Below, piece after piece: positions 63,182 to 64,000 of a stretch of DNA of 64,000 nt. The notes below the pieces were generated by a model, which was given only the letters and a program-made list of their open reading frames with translations, searched no databases and had not been told where the DNA came from. Position 1 is the first letter of the stretch. Every line of letters starts with the position of its first letter. Both the position numbers and the translations under genes were made by a program. The stretch lies in contig CAIIXF020000001.1 of the NCBI GenBank assembly GCA_903813345.2, positions 26,536,001-26,600,000 of the forward strand, in the 5' to 3' direction. Source of the stretch: Owenia fusiformis. Its lineage: Eukaryota.

Positions 63182-63865
63182 CAGGGACATATCAACCGGG
63201 AATATATTCCATATCCGGGCAAATATTTTTCGTATGTCCCGCTCCAACGGAGCTCCGGGACATATAAATCGTATGTCCCGCTCAAAAAAAATTTTTGAAA
63301 ATTTATTTTTTAAATTTTAAAAATAAATTCGGGAAAAAATGTGAAAATCAAAATTTAAAAAAAAAATTGTGAAAAAAAAATTATGTAAAAAAATTTTGGA
63401 AAAATGTTGAAAATAAATTTTTGAAAAAAAATTTGAAAAGAAATTCTGAAAAAAAATTACTAATATGCAAAAAATGTGAAAAAAATTTGAAAAAAATGTC
63501 GGAATTTTTTTTTTCATTTTTGAAAAAAATTGAAAACAAATTTGGAAAGAATTTTTTTTTGAAAATGATAACATATTTTGCAAGTAAACACACCAGAGCA
63601 TATGGGATACATGCTAGTTATTTCAAACCTCATCAGGTATGGAATACAACAGTTATGCACGGTCGGTTTGGATACAGGAAATATCCCTCGGGATATTCCC
63701 TGTATCCAAAACCTCCCAGTGCATAACCCCTATGTATCTCATACTTGAGTATGTTTGGGGTAGATGTCACCCAGGAATATATATCATATCTGAGGAGCGG
63801 GCAGGATATATTATATATGTCCCGCTCCAGGGCAAATGCGGGCATCCATCCCGCTCCCGGGAATT
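63182..63865. repeat. Probable transposon-derived repeat with TATGTCCCGCTC motifs and an A/T-run low-complexity core
   Basis: TATGTCCCGCTC recurs at ~63233, 63272 and 63816; 63285-63570 is low complexity. Confidence 0.5.
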
Positions 63866-64000
63866 TTTCAAAAGTTTTAAAAATTTAAAAAAAATTAACA
63901 TTTGAAAGTTTAAAATTTGTTAAAAAGTTTAAATGTTACAATTTCATTGTATTGAACTGAAGGAATGTTACGAATTAAATATAAATTGTGCTTTTACAGT

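Noticed and set aside
63317-63905. Phe- and Lys-rich ORFs
   Set aside because: Translations of low-complexity A/T runs.
59700-64000. GPCR TM1-TM2 exon
   Set aside because: No GN or LAxxD-type coding segment with splice sites found by eye; probably beyond the window, though it could have been missed.

Overview
AT-rich, intron-rich animal genomic DNA, probably a spiralian or other marine invertebrate (inference; no prokaryotic features). It contains: (1) the first two coding exons of a CCDC30-like coiled-coil gene (minus strand), head-to-head with (2) a complete 6-exon proteasome beta-1 subunit gene PSMB6 (+, 2598-7190, 229 aa); (3) five exons of a class A neuropeptide-type GPCR (minus, 59660 to 27385), whose N-terminal TM1-TM2 exon(s) are probably beyond the window; (4) a young, 5'-truncated L1/Tx1-type LINE with an intact 1227-aa ORF2, poly(A) and TSD, nested in a satellite inside a 5-bp-TSD DNA element within a GPCR intron; (5) many non-autonomous transposons (Transib-like, Tc1/mariner-like, Kolobok-like, Helentron/HINE-like, a 9-bp-TSD MITE), a LINE 3' fragment, SINE-like remnants and minisatellites. 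The most unusual feature is an 81-bp tandem amplification across the splice acceptor of the GPCR ICL2/TM4 exon. It creates four in-frame, stop-free alternative acceptors right after the ERY motif. All calls were made by eye; no database searches were run.
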